64,000 bases of DNA from Gaiellales bacterium (GTDB taxonomy: Bacteria > Actinomycetota > Thermoleophilia > Gaiellales > JALYLC01). Of this stretch, positions 1 to 8,993 are shown piece after piece (the first letter of the stretch is position 1; each line of letters starts with the position of its first letter). The notes beneath the pieces were generated by a model. That model was not told the DNA's origin and did no database searches. It saw only the letters and a program-made list of their open reading frames with translations. Location: the NCBI GenBank assembly GCA_035696365.1, contig DASRQS010000136.1, positions 259 through 64,258 of the forward strand, written 5' to 3'. The position numbers and the translations under genes are program-made.

Positions 1-27
1 GGCGCCTCGGCGCCCGGATCGCGCGCG

Positions 28-831
28 CTAGGCGGCGGCCGCGTCGTAGTTCGACATCTGCTCGCGCAGGTTGTTCCGAACCTCCGCGAGGATCTGCGAG
101 ACGCGGGACTCGCTCACGCCGAGCAGCCGGCCGACGTCTGCGCCCTGCATCTCCTGCGAGTGCACGAGATGCAGCACCCGTTGCTCGCGCTCCGAGAGAC
201 CGGCGATCGCCTCGAGCATGATCTTCAGCCGCTCGGAGGCGAGGGCGGAGCGCTCCGGCTCGAGACGGCCGTCGCGCGCCTCGACCGTGTCGCCGATCTC
301 GAGCGGCATCGAGGGGTCGCTCGAGCGGGTCGGCGCATTCAGCGAGATCACGTCGGCGCGCTCGATGTTCTCCAGGATCGCCCAGACCTCGGGCACGGTC
401 AGCTCCAGGACGGCGGCAAGTTCCTCGTGGCTCGGCGCGCTGCCGGTGCGCGCGTACAACTCGTCCGCCGCGTGCTCGAGCTTCTGGCTCATCCGCCGTG
501 CCGAGCGCGAGGCCCAGTCCTGGCGCCGCAGCTCGTCGACCATCGCGCCGGCGACCCGCGTCCAGGCGAACTGCTCGAACGACGCGCCCTTCGCGGGATC
601 GAAACGGTCAACGGCCTCGATCAAGGCGATCATGCCGCAGGACAAGAAATCGTCGAAGTCGCTGTGAGACGGGAATTCCCGCACCTTGCGCGACGCGATG
701 TACCTGATCATCGGCGAGTACGCGAGCACGAGCCGATCGCGAGCGGATGAATCCTTCCGTACGCTCCACGCGCGCCAGAGGGCTTCAGCCTCAGCGGCTG
801 TGAGCCGCTGGAACTCACTGCTGTCCTTCAT
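28..831 (-). CDS. fliA: Flagellar sigma factor, sigma-28 family (FliA/WhiG-like)
   Basis: Sigma-70 region 2 and region 4 blocks typical of FliA (FDDFLSCGMIALIEAVDRFDP, FAWTRVAGAMVDELRR, C-terminal HTH LSEREQRVLHLV...GVSESRVSQI). It lies divergent from the flagellar export operon. Confidence 0.85.
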   Translation of the reverse strand: MKDSSEFQRLTAAEAEALWRAWSVRKDSSARDRLVLAYSPMIRYIASRKVREFPSHSDFDDFLSCGMIALIEAVDRFDPAKGASFEQFAWTRVAGAMVDELRRQDWASRSARRMSQKLEHAADELYARTGSAPSHEELAAVLELTVPEVWAILENIERADVISLNAPTRSSDPSMPLEIGDTVEARDGRLEPERSALASERLKIMLEAIAGLSEREQRVLHLVHSQEMQGADVGRLLGVSESRVSQILAEVRNNLREQMSNYDAAAA

Positions 832-941
832 CCAAACCGCCTTCAGGCTTTGAGAACCGGGTGATTCCTCCTGTTATCGCCGTACTGTCATGCCGGCCAG
901 ATGGCCGCTTCGCATCGGGTGCGGCTACCGGTTTGGCGTGA

Positions 942-1574
942 ATGCCCTCACCGGTTGGTAGCTGGCGCGCGGGGTTGCTCAAGCGGTCCCCCTGTCAGCC
1001 GAGTACGCCACCCGTGCTCTCGGTTCGTCCCCGCCGGCACGCAGGCCTCGCGCTTGCGTCCGTGCTCGTCCTGCTCGTCTGCCTGCCGGCGAGCAGCGCC
1101 GCGTCCGGCTTTCGCCGCGACCAGACGCCCCTGCCCGCGGACCTGACCGGGGGCGGGAGCAGTCACGCCGCGCTCAACGGCTCGGGCACGGGCGGCGCCG
1201 CGATCCACATGCTCTTCGGTCTCGCGCTCGTGCTGGGGCTGATCTACGCGCTCTACCGCCTGCTCAGGCGGAGCTCGGACAAGAACGAGAAGGAGAAGGT
1301 GATCCGTGGCGACGACTGGATGTCGGTCATCGCCTCGACGCCGCTCGCCCCGTCGCGCTCGGTGCACCTGATCCGCGTGGGGGAGGAGATCGTGCTGGTC
1401 GGCTCGGGCGAGCAGGGCGTGACCCCCATCCGCGTCTACAGCGCGGAGGAGGCCCGGCAGCTGCGCATCGATCCGCGCGAGTTCCCCGCGCTCGACGCGG
1501 CGCCGACCGGAGCTGCCGATCCGAGCTTCCTCTCCGCGCTGCTCGAATCGCTCAGGAGGATGACCGCCCGATGA
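942..1574 (+). CDS. fliO: Flagellar biosynthesis protein FliO (start uncertain)
   Basis: TM helix AAIHMLFGLALVLGLIYALYRLL followed by the MSVIASTPLAPSRSVHLIRVGEEIVLVG block typical of FliO. The stop overlaps the fliP start. The real start may be internal, for example the in-frame GTG at 1014. Confidence 0.6.
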   Translation: MPSPVGSWRAGLLKRSPCQPSTPPVLSVRPRRHAGLALASVLVLLVCLPASSAASGFRRDQTPLPADLTGGGSSHAALNGSGTGGAAIHMLFGLALVLGLIYALYRLLRRSSDKNEKEKVIRGDDWMSVIASTPLAPSRSVHLIRVGEEIVLVGSGEQGVTPIRVYSAEEARQLRIDPREFPALDAAPTGAADPSFLSALLESLRRMTAR

Positions 1575-2221
1575 TCGCCGCCGTCCAGACGGGTGGCGTG
1601 TCCACGTCCGTGCAGACCATGCTCCTCCTGGGAGTGATGGCCCTGCTGCCCGGACTGCTGCTCGTGATGACGAGCTTCACGCGCATCCTGATCGTGCTGG
1701 GCTTCGTGCGCAACGCGCTCGGCACGCAGTCGACGCCGCCGAACCAGGTGCTGGTCGGCATTGCGCTGTTCCTCTCGCTGTTCGTGATGGCGCCCACGCT
1801 GCACAAGGTCGACAAGGCCGCCGTGGAGCCGTACCGGGCACACACGATCGACGGCCGCGCGGCCATTATCCGCGGGCTGGAGCCGGTGCGGACGTTCATG
1901 TTCAAGCAAACGCGCGACTCCGACCTCGCGCTCTTCGTCCGGCTCGCCCATCAGAAGCGCCCGCGCACCCGGGCGGACGTGCCGACGCACGTGCTGGTGC
2001 CCGCCTTCGTGGTCTCGGAGCTGACGACGGCCTTCCAGATCGGTTTCCTGATCTACCTGCCGTTCCTGATCATCGACATGATCGTGTCGGCGACGCTCAT
2101 GTCGATGGGCATGATGATGCTGCCGCCCGTCCTGATCTCGCTGCCGTTCAAGATCCTCCTGTTCGTCTTGGTCGACGGCTGGAGTCTGATCATGCAATCG
2201 CTCGTGACGTCGTTCCACTGA
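1571..2221 (+). CDS. fliP: Flagellar type III export apparatus protein FliP
   Basis: Strong family resemblance (TSFTRILIVLGFVRNALGTQSTPPNQVLVGIALFLSLFVMAP, FLIYLPFLIIDMIVSATLMSMGMMMLPP) and position between fliO and fliQ. Confidence 0.95.
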   Translation: MIAAVQTGGVSTSVQTMLLLGVMALLPGLLLVMTSFTRILIVLGFVRNALGTQSTPPNQVLVGIALFLSLFVMAPTLHKVDKAAVEPYRAHTIDGRAAIIRGLEPVRTFMFKQTRDSDLALFVRLAHQKRPRTRADVPTHVLVPAFVVSELTTAFQIGFLIYLPFLIIDMIVSATLMSMGMMMLPPVLISLPFKILLFVLVDGWSLIMQSLVTSFH

Positions 2222-2235
2222 CGCGGAGGCCACGC

Positions 2236-2508
2236 TTGAACCAGGACACCATCTCGCATCTCGGCACGCGCGCGATGCTCATGACACTCGAGATCTCGGC
2301 GCCGTTCCTGGTCGCCGGGCTCGCCGTCGGCCTGCTTGTCTCGATCATCCAGGCCGCCACCCAGATCCAGGAGCCGACGCTCTCGTTCATCCCCAAGATC
2401 ATCGCCACCGGAGCGGTCATCGCCATCGGCGGTCCGTGGATGCTCTCGCAACTCGTCGGCTACACCACCGCGCTGTACCTGGACATCCCGACGCTCGTCG
2501 GGCGCTAG
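2236..2508 (+). CDS. fliQ: Flagellar export apparatus protein FliQ
   Basis: 90-aa two-TM protein with IIQAATQIQEPTLSFIPKI, the conserved FliQ core. Confidence 0.95.
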   Translation: MNQDTISHLGTRAMLMTLEISAPFLVAGLAVGLLVSIIQAATQIQEPTLSFIPKIIATGAVIAIGGPWMLSQLVGYTTALYLDIPTLVGR

Positions 2509-3308
2509 TGCAGCAGCTGGCCCTCCCGGGCGGCGTGCAGCTCCCGGAGATCGCGGGCGCGAACCTCGTCGCGTTCGCGCTCGTGCTGTGTCGCGTGGGG
2601 CCGTTCTTCCTGCTCGCGCCCGTGCTCTCGGCCGGCCTGCTGCCCGCCAGGGCGAAGTTCGCCGCCGCAGCCGCGATCGCCGTGGCGCTCGCTCCGGTCG
2701 CCTCGCACGGGCGGGTCATCCCCCAGGACCCGGTCGGGCTCGCGACGGTGCTCGTGCAGGAGATCGGGGTGGGGGTGGCGTTCGCGCTGGCGCTCAGCGT
2801 GCTGGCCGCCGGAGTCTCGGCCGGTGCCTCGCTCGTCGACACCCTCGTCGGTTTCTCCTTCGGCTCCCTCGTGGATCCGATCACCGGCGTCTCGGCCTCC
2901 GTGCTCGGGCAGGTCTACACGCTCTTCGCGCTGATGGTGTTCGTGCTCGGCGGCGGCATCCGCCTGATGATCGCGGGGCTCGCGCGCAGCTACGACCTCA
3001 TCCCGATCGGCACCTTCCCGTCGCCCTCGCAGCTCGGCAAGCTTGCCGTCGCGTCGCTCACGGAGGTGCCGCTGATCGGCCTCGAGCTCGTGGGGCCCGT
3101 GATCCTCTCGGTCGTCGTGGTGGACGCGGCCTTCGGCCTCGTCGCTCGAGCCGTTCCGCAGATGAACGTGTTCGTGGTGGGCCTGCCGGTCAAGGTGATC
3201 GTCTCGTTCGCAGTCGTCGCCGCCTCGCTGCCGTTCCTCGGCGCGCAGCTCCAGACCGACCTGTCGCAGGCGATCGAGCGGGCGCTCTCGACGCTGGCCA
3301 CGGGGTAG
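2508..3308 (+). CDS. fliR: Flagellar export apparatus protein FliR
   Basis: Polytopic membrane protein in FliR position. The in-frame GTG at 2508 overlaps the fliQ stop (TAGTG). The upstream part of the track ORF from 2436 overlaps fliQ and was rejected. Confidence 0.88.
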   Translation: MQQLALPGGVQLPEIAGANLVAFALVLCRVGPFFLLAPVLSAGLLPARAKFAAAAAIAVALAPVASHGRVIPQDPVGLATVLVQEIGVGVAFALALSVLAAGVSAGASLVDTLVGFSFGSLVDPITGVSASVLGQVYTLFALMVFVLGGGIRLMIAGLARSYDLIPIGTFPSPSQLGKLAVASLTEVPLIGLELVGPVILSVVVVDAAFGLVARAVPQMNVFVVGLPVKVIVSFAVVAASLPFLGAQLQTDLSQAIERALSTLATG

Positions 3309-3311
3309 GCC

Positions 3312-4388
3312 GTGGCCGACCAGGGCAAGACCGAGAAGCCGACCGGCAAGCGCCGGGAAAAGGCGCGCAAGGACGGCCAGGTCGCCCGCTCGACGGAGGT
3401 CAACTCGGTCATCGTGCTGCTCGCGACCTTCGGCGTGCTCGCGCTGACCGGGCCGCGCCTGCTGGCGCGTGCCGAGGCGATCGTGTCCAGCGGCCTCAGC
3501 CGCTCGGGGAATCCCTCGCTCGCGACCTCGGCCGGCCGGCAGGACATCACGGGCTGGGCCTTCAGCTCCTTCACCGGGATCGCGGCGCCCGTGATGATCG
3601 CCGCCGCGCTCGGCGGCATCCTGGCGAGCGTCGCGCAGGTGGGCTTCCGTCTCAACGGGCGCGCGCTCAAGCCGTCCCTGTCGAAGCTCAACCTGATCAA
3701 GGGGCTCAAGCGGCTGTTCGCGCCCTCGCAGGCGTTCGAGCTCGGGAAGACGCTCGTCAAGACCGCCATCATCGGGGGCGTCGCGTTCTCCGCCGTCTGG
3801 TCGCAGCTGCCGACCATGGGCGCGCTCGTGGGCATGCCGCCCGCCCAGCTCGTGTCCGTGCTCGCCCACACGATCCTCTCGATCGTGCTGCGTGTCGGTG
3901 CCGCGATGCTGCTCGTGGCCGCGGCCGACTACGCCTGGCAGCGGCACAAGCACGAGAAGTCGCTGAAGATGACACGGGAGCAGGTGCGCCGGGAGGCGAA
4001 GGAAGCCGACGTCGCACCGGAGATGAAGGGGCAGATGCGACGGCGGCAGTCGGAGATGGCCCGTCGGCGCATGCTCGCCGACGTCCCCACGGCCGACGTC
4101 GTCATCGTCAACCCCACGCACTATGCGGTCGCCCTCCGCTACGACGGCACGCGTCCGGCGCCCGAGCTCGTCGCGAAGGGCGTGGACAACGTCGCCCTGG
4201 CGATCCGCAGGACCGCGGAGGAGGCGGGCGTGGCGATCGTCCACGAAGCGCCCCTCGCGCGCGCCCTCTACCGCGACGTCGAGCTGGGCGCGCAGATCCC
4301 CGAGGAGCTCTTCGCGGCAGTCGCGCACGTGCTCGCCTTCGTCCTGCGCGCTGCCGGGCGGCTGCGCGCCGTCACCCAGGCCGCATGA
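3312..4388 (+). CDS. flhB: Flagellar export switch protein FlhB
   Basis: N-terminus MADQGKTEKPTGKRREKARKDGQVARS, four TM segments, and the autocleavage motif in VVIVNPTHYAVALRY. Confidence 0.95.
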   Translation: MADQGKTEKPTGKRREKARKDGQVARSTEVNSVIVLLATFGVLALTGPRLLARAEAIVSSGLSRSGNPSLATSAGRQDITGWAFSSFTGIAAPVMIAAALGGILASVAQVGFRLNGRALKPSLSKLNLIKGLKRLFAPSQAFELGKTLVKTAIIGGVAFSAVWSQLPTMGALVGMPPAQLVSVLAHTILSIVLRVGAAMLLVAAADYAWQRHKHEKSLKMTREQVRREAKEADVAPEMKGQMRRRQSEMARRRMLADVPTADVVIVNPTHYAVALRYDGTRPAPELVAKGVDNVALAIRRTAEEAGVAIVHEAPLARALYRDVELGAQIPEELFAAVAHVLAFVLRAAGRLRAVTQAA

Positions 4389-4520
4389 GAGCGGCTAAAT
4401 CGCCGGTCGTCGCGGCCGATCAACCTGGAGCAGTGCCTGCTCGGAACGTCCCCGTTCGGCGGCGCGCGTCTCGCTGCCCCAGCCTGGTCCTCGTCCTCCT
4501 AGCCGAGGATCGCTAGGCCC

Positions 4521-6569
4521 GTGGACGCGTTTCTGAAGCGCCTGCTGAGGCACAGCGACCTCGCCGCAGCCTTCGCGGTCGTGCTCGTCGTCGTGATGAT
4601 GGTCGTGCCGCTGCCGGCGGCGCTGCTCGACCTCATCATCACGCTCAACATCGCCGGCGCGCTCGTAATCGTGATCACGACGATGTACGTCCCGCGTGCC
4701 GTCGAGTTCGCCGCGTTCCCGTCGCTGCTGCTGTTCACGACGCTCCTGCGCCTGGCGATCAACGTCAGCGTGACCCGCCTGATCCTGCTGCACGGCGATG
4801 CGGGAGGCGTCATCCACGCGTTCGGCGACTTCGTCGTCGGAGGCAATCTCGTGGTCGGCCTCGTGGTCTTCTTTATCCTGATCGTGATCCAGTTCGTCGT
4901 GATCACGAACGGCGCGGGGCGCGTTGCCGAGGTCGCGGCGCGCTTCACCCTGGATGCGATGCCGGGCAAGCAGATGGCGATCGACGCCGACCTCAACGCC
5001 GGGCAGATCACCGACGACGAGGCCCGCGCGCGCCGGCTCGACATTCGCAAGGAGGCCGACTTCTACGGCGCGATGGACGGTGCCTCGAAGTTCGTCAAGG
5101 GCGATGCCATCGCGGGCGTGATCATCGTCGTCGTCAACCTCATCGGCGGCATCGCGGTCGGCGTGCTGATGCACGGCCAGTCTGCCTCCGCCGCGATGCA
5201 CACGTTCTCCCTGCTGACGATCGGCGACGGCCTCGCAGCTCAGATCCCGGCGCTGCTGATCTCGACGGCCACGGGCGTGATCGTGACGCGCTCGGGCAGT
5301 GACCGGGACCTCGGCAGCGAGATGACCTCGCAGCTGCTCAGCCAGCCGCGCGCGACGATGCTCGGCGGCGGCGTGATCTGTGCCATGGGGCTCGTGCCGG
5401 GTCTGCCCAAGCTGCCCTTCCTCATCATCGGCGGCATCCTCGTGATGGTCGGCCGCACAATCGACCGGCAGCAGAAGGCCGAGGCCGCCGCGCCTCCGCA
5501 GTCCGTGCTCGAGCTCGACGCTGCTCCGGCCGACCCGGTGATCGGCGCGCTCGCGATCGACCCGCTCGAGCTCTCGATCGGCTTCGGCCTCGTGCCGCTC
5601 GTCGATCAGCGCTCCGGCGGTGGCCTACTGGGCCGCGTCGGGCTGATCAGGCGCCAGATCGCGAGCGAGCTCGGAATCGTGATCGCCCCCGTGCGCATCC
5701 ACGACGAGGTGGCGCTCGACTCCCACGAGTACGTGATCAAGGTGCGCGGCGCCGAGGTCACGCGCAGCAAGCTGATTCCCGGCCATCGCCTGGCGATGGA
5801 CCCTGGGGACGCCGTTCCGGGACTCACCGGCATCCCGACCACCGAGCCGGCCTTCGGGCTCCCGGCCGTCTGGATCGACGACACGGCACGAGGCGAGGCC
5901 GAGGCGCTCGGCTACACGGTGGTGGACGGCGAGTCGGTGATCGTCACCCATCTGACCGAGACGATCCGCCGCCACGCCGACGAGCTCCTGACGCGCCAGG
6001 AGGCCAAGAAGCTGCTGGACGGGCTCAAGGAGCAGAATCCGGCCGCAGTCGACGACGTGGTGCCCGACAAGCTCGGCATCGGCGAGGTGCAGCGGGCGCT
6101 GCAGCACCTGCTGCGCGAGGGCGTCTCGATCCGCGACCTCGGCACCATTCTCGAAGCGATCGGCGATCGCGCGCAGCTCACGCGTGAGCCCGCGCAGCTG
6201 GCCGAGGCGGCCCGCCAGGCGCTCGGTCGCAGTATCACGTCCGGCTACCTCGACGAGGAGAACACCTTGCGGGCAATCTCGCTCGACCCGGCCCTCGAGC
6301 TCGAGGTGGCCGACTCGCTTGCACTCACGCCCGAGGGCGAGGTACTCGCCCTCGACCCGGTGCGCGCACGCGCACTGCTGGCTTCGCTCGGCGACTCCGT
6401 CGACCGCATGACCGCCTCCGGCGGGCGACCCGTCGTCGTCTGCTCGAGCCGCGTCCGGAGGCACCTGCGGCAGCTCGTCGAACAGGCCTTCCCGCAGGTC
6501 GCGGTGGTCTCGTACAACGAGATCGTCGCCGGAGTGCGCGTCGAGAGCGCCGGACTGGTGGCCGCATGA
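4521..6569 (+). CDS. flhA: Flagellar export gate protein FlhA
   Basis: 682 aa. N-terminal TM domain with GDFVVGGNLVVGLVVFFILIVIQFVVITNGAGRVAEVAARFTLDAMPGKQMAIDADL, plus the cytoplasmic C-terminal domain. Confidence 0.97.
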   Translation: MDAFLKRLLRHSDLAAAFAVVLVVVMMVVPLPAALLDLIITLNIAGALVIVITTMYVPRAVEFAAFPSLLLFTTLLRLAINVSVTRLILLHGDAGGVIHAFGDFVVGGNLVVGLVVFFILIVIQFVVITNGAGRVAEVAARFTLDAMPGKQMAIDADLNAGQITDDEARARRLDIRKEADFYGAMDGASKFVKGDAIAGVIIVVVNLIGGIAVGVLMHGQSASAAMHTFSLLTIGDGLAAQIPALLISTATGVIVTRSGSDRDLGSEMTSQLLSQPRATMLGGGVICAMGLVPGLPKLPFLIIGGILVMVGRTIDRQQKAEAAAPPQSVLELDAAPADPVIGALAIDPLELSIGFGLVPLVDQRSGGGLLGRVGLIRRQIASELGIVIAPVRIHDEVALDSHEYVIKVRGAEVTRSKLIPGHRLAMDPGDAVPGLTGIPTTEPAFGLPAVWIDDTARGEAEALGYTVVDGESVIVTHLTETIRRHADELLTRQEAKKLLDGLKEQNPAAVDDVVPDKLGIGEVQRALQHLLREGVSIRDLGTILEAIGDRAQLTREPAQLAEAARQALGRSITSGYLDEENTLRAISLDPALELEVADSLALTPEGEVLALDPVRARALLASLGDSVDRMTASGGRPVVVCSSRVRRHLRQLVEQAFPQVAVVSYNEIVAGVRVESAGLVAA

Positions 6570-7741
6570 GCAACGCCGAGCAAAACAACGAGACCACGAC
6601 CTACCGGGGCGGCACGCTCGAGGAGGTGCTGCCCCGGATCCGCGAGCAGCTCGGGCCCGAGGCCGTGATCGTCCGCCAGCGCGAGGGCGTCGTCGGTGGC
6701 TTCGGCGGCTTCTTCGGCAAGAAGTGCGTCGAGGTCGAGGCGCGTCCGGCGCCGGTGCGTCAAACCCAGCCGTCGCGCAGTGTGATCGACGCCTACGACA
6801 CGGGCGAAGTGCGCGCGGAGGGCAACAGCGCACTGGTGCAGACCTTACTCGGCCAGACGTCGCCGTTCGCATTCGAGCTGTCGAGCGCCCTGTCCGAGCA
6901 GCGCCCGGAGGTGCCGGCCGAGACGCGGCTCGACGGCCTGCTCCAGGAGCGCGCAGCGGTCATGCCACCGGAGCCGCGGACTGCTCACGCCGACGACCCA
7001 GGCGCCATGCTCGCCTGCCTGCTGGCTGCCGGGTTCAGCGGGACGGTCGCCGACGACATCGTGGCCGAGGTGGTGCGTTCGCTGCGTCCTTTCGCCCCCG
7101 GGGAGCCGTTCCGCGCTCTGGCGCAGCGCGCGCTGGCACGACGCATCCGCGTGGCGTCCGGCTGGGAGACGAAGCGCCGCACGATCGCCCTGATCGGCAC
7201 GCCCGGCTCGGGCCGGACGCTGACGGCGGCCAAGCTCTGCAACGCCTATGCGGGCGCCGGGCGCAAGGTCACCGCGCTCAGCCTGGAGCCCGCGCGCGAG
7301 GCGCTCGAGCTCGGCGGTTTCACCGATCGCGGCGATGTCCGCCTGGAGATCGCGGAGGCCCCGGACGCGATCGCGCGCGCGCGCCTGAGGAGCTCGGAGG
7401 TCGTGGTCGCCGACACGCCGCCGCTCGACCCGTCGGACCCGCGCTCCTTCGCGCCGGTCGCGCAGCTCCTCGACCGCCTGCGCGCGAACGAGACCCACCT
7501 GCTCCTGCGTCCGGACGTCGACTTCGAGGCCGGCCGCCTGCTGGTCGAGCTGCTCTCGGGGTCGCTCAAGCCGTCGCGCATCCTCATCACCGGCGCCGAT
7601 CGGGCCCACCCCGCCTGCGTACCGGTCGCGCTCTCGCTCGCCTGCGGCGTGCCGATCTCGTTCGTCGCCGACGGCCCGCTGTCGACCACCGGCCTGCATC
7701 CCGCCGAGCCCGCCGAGCTCGCGCGCATGGCGCTGCCATGA
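6566..7741 (+). CDS. flhF: FlhF-like SRP-family protein with divergent GTPase motifs
   Basis: FlhF position after flhA. B-domain-like N-terminus (TYRGGTLEEVLPRIREQLGPEAVIVRQRE) and an SRP-type G domain. The motifs read GTPGSGRT, DTPP and ITGAD instead of GxxGxGKT, DTAG and TKLD. Confidence 0.7.
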   Translation: MSNAEQNNETTTYRGGTLEEVLPRIREQLGPEAVIVRQREGVVGGFGGFFGKKCVEVEARPAPVRQTQPSRSVIDAYDTGEVRAEGNSALVQTLLGQTSPFAFELSSALSEQRPEVPAETRLDGLLQERAAVMPPEPRTAHADDPGAMLACLLAAGFSGTVADDIVAEVVRSLRPFAPGEPFRALAQRALARRIRVASGWETKRRTIALIGTPGSGRTLTAAKLCNAYAGAGRKVTALSLEPAREALELGGFTDRGDVRLEIAEAPDAIARARLRSSEVVVADTPPLDPSDPRSFAPVAQLLDRLRANETHLLLRPDVDFEAGRLLVELLSGSLKPSRILITGADRAHPACVPVALSLACGVPISFVADGPLSTTGLHPAEPAELARMALP

Positions 7742-8031
7742 TGTCGGAGCCCCGCCTCACCTCGCTGGCCGAGCATCCCTCCGCCGCGACCGCTATCCGC
7801 CGCACCAAGGCGGGCGGTGGCATCCTGGGCTACGGGCTCGTGCTGGGCGCCGGCGTCATGCACGGCGCACAGCTGGTTCCGGCGCTCGAGCATGCGCTGG
7901 TGGGCGGCATCGTCGCCTACGTGCTCACCTGGGCCGCCGCCGTCGAGATCTCGCGGCGCGTGCTCGCCGGACAGGCCAGGGCGGCCATCCGGCGAAGCCG
8001 TGCCCACTTGGCCGAGGAGACGACTGAGTGA
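7738..8031 (+). CDS. Small two-TM membrane protein (hypothetical), translationally coupled to flhF
   Basis: ATGA overlap with the flhF stop. 97 aa with two hydrophobic segments (GILGYGLVLGAGVM, VGGIVAYVLTWAAAV). No family recognised. Confidence 0.45.
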   Translation: MMSEPRLTSLAEHPSAATAIRRTKAGGGILGYGLVLGAGVMHGAQLVPALEHALVGGIVAYVLTWAAAVEISRRVLAGQARAAIRRSRAHLAEETTE

Positions 8032-8225
8032 GCACCCCGGTCGATCCGGTCGGCGTGCCGCTGATCCCGCCGGCCCCTGCGGCCCAGCGTGTCGTGCGCA
8101 GCCGCCGCAGCGGTGGCGACGACGACCGCCGTCCCCCGCGCGAGCCGGGCGGCGAGCCACGGCGCCGGCAGCCCGACGCCGAGGACGGTGAGGACGGGCT
8201 CCCGCACGTCGACGTGCGCGCCTGA
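8028..8225 (+). CDS. Small charged, probably disordered protein (hypothetical)
   Basis: The GTG start overlaps the preceding stop (GTGA) and GAGGAG lies about 10 nt upstream. The composition is low-complexity, so coding status is uncertain. Confidence 0.25.
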   Translation: MSTPVDPVGVPLIPPAPAAQRVVRSRRSGGDDDRRPPREPGGEPRRRQPDAEDGEDGLPHVDVRA

Positions 8226-8244
8226 AGCGGGCTGTCGGAGTTGC

Positions 8245-8871
8245 TCAGAGTCGCACGTAGCCGGTCGCCTCGGACGGCGACCGCTGGACGCGCGAGACGG
8301 CGTTGCGGTAGTTGCCCTCGACCGTCGTGAGCGAGCCGTCGGCGCCGACGGACTCGACGACGCCGATGTGGTGGCCGCCGAACAGGATCAGATCCCCCGC
8401 GGAGGGCGTCGAGGTCGCGGGCAGGAGGCGCCCGCTGCGCGATGCCCAATCTGCGATCGCAGCGACGGAGGCGGAGCCGCTGCCGTTGTCGCCCACGGGG
8501 ACACCGGCCTGGGCTGCGCACCACGACGCGAACGTCGCGCACCAAGGCTGCCCTGCGGCCGATCCGGCCACGGCGCCGCGGTAGGCGGCGAGCGCCGGCC
8601 CGTCGTTGGAGCCCGGCGGCTGCTCGCCCTGGCCGACCTGGCTCGCCGCAGCGGCCAGCACGTTCGCGCCGCTCGCCCCGCTTCCCGGGAACGCCGCGGT
8701 CTGAGGCACGAGCTCGAGCGGAGCACGTGCAGCGGCCGGCGCGGAGGCCGGTGCAGAAGCGGCGGTGAGAGCGGAAGGAAAGGCGCTCGCCTCGGGCGAG
8801 GCCGGCGAGATCGATCGCTGCACCAGCGCGTTGATCTCGGCCACACGGCTGACGATGTCTGTGATCGGCAT
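8245..8871 (-). CDS. CHAP/NlpC-P60-like peptidoglycan hydrolase (TIGR02594-like) with low-complexity N-terminal region
   Basis: Cys motif GQPWCATFASWCAAQAG, His motif LFGGHHIGVVESV, and TVEGNYRNAV. It lies immediately downstream of flagellin on the same strand. Confidence 0.7.
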   Translation of the reverse strand: MPITDIVSRVAEINALVQRSISPASPEASAFPSALTAASAPASAPAAARAPLELVPQTAAFPGSGASGANVLAAAASQVGQGEQPPGSNDGPALAAYRGAVAGSAAGQPWCATFASWCAAQAGVPVGDNGSGSASVAAIADWASRSGRLLPATSTPSAGDLILFGGHHIGVVESVGADGSLTTVEGNYRNAVSRVQRSPSEATGYVRL

Positions 8872-8920
8872 CGCTCGAGTAATCGGCCGCCGGAGGTCGC
8901 GATTGAGGCCCGAGAACGGC

Positions 8921-8945
8921 GAAGGCCCGCCGGAGGCGGGCCTTC
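8921..8945 (-). terminator. Perfect 11-bp stem hairpin downstream of flagellin
   Basis: gaaggcccgcc-gga-ggcgggccttc, 49 nt after the fliC stop. The U-tract is weak (GCCGUUCUC), so it could be a terminator or an RNA-stability hairpin. Confidence 0.45.
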
Positions 8946-8993
8946 AGGCCGTGCCTGACTCTCAGGGCGACCGTGAGAGTTTGGGCCCCGCTG

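Noticed and set aside
874-881. GGCGATAA (minus strand) upstream of fliA, as a possible autoregulatory sigma-28 promoter.
   Set aside because: The position 15 nt upstream reads CTGG, which is unlike TAAA/TCAA. Only the -10 half resembles the consensus.
2336-4516. Very long alternate-frame and antisense ORFs across the flagellar export operon, for example 2336..4516 (+) and 2505..4328 (-).
   Set aside because: Their translations are Arg/Pro/Gly/Ala-rich low-complexity sequences typical of off-frame reading in high-GC DNA. They fully overlap well-recognised genes (fliR, flhB). The same applies to most other long ORFs in the track that overlap called genes.
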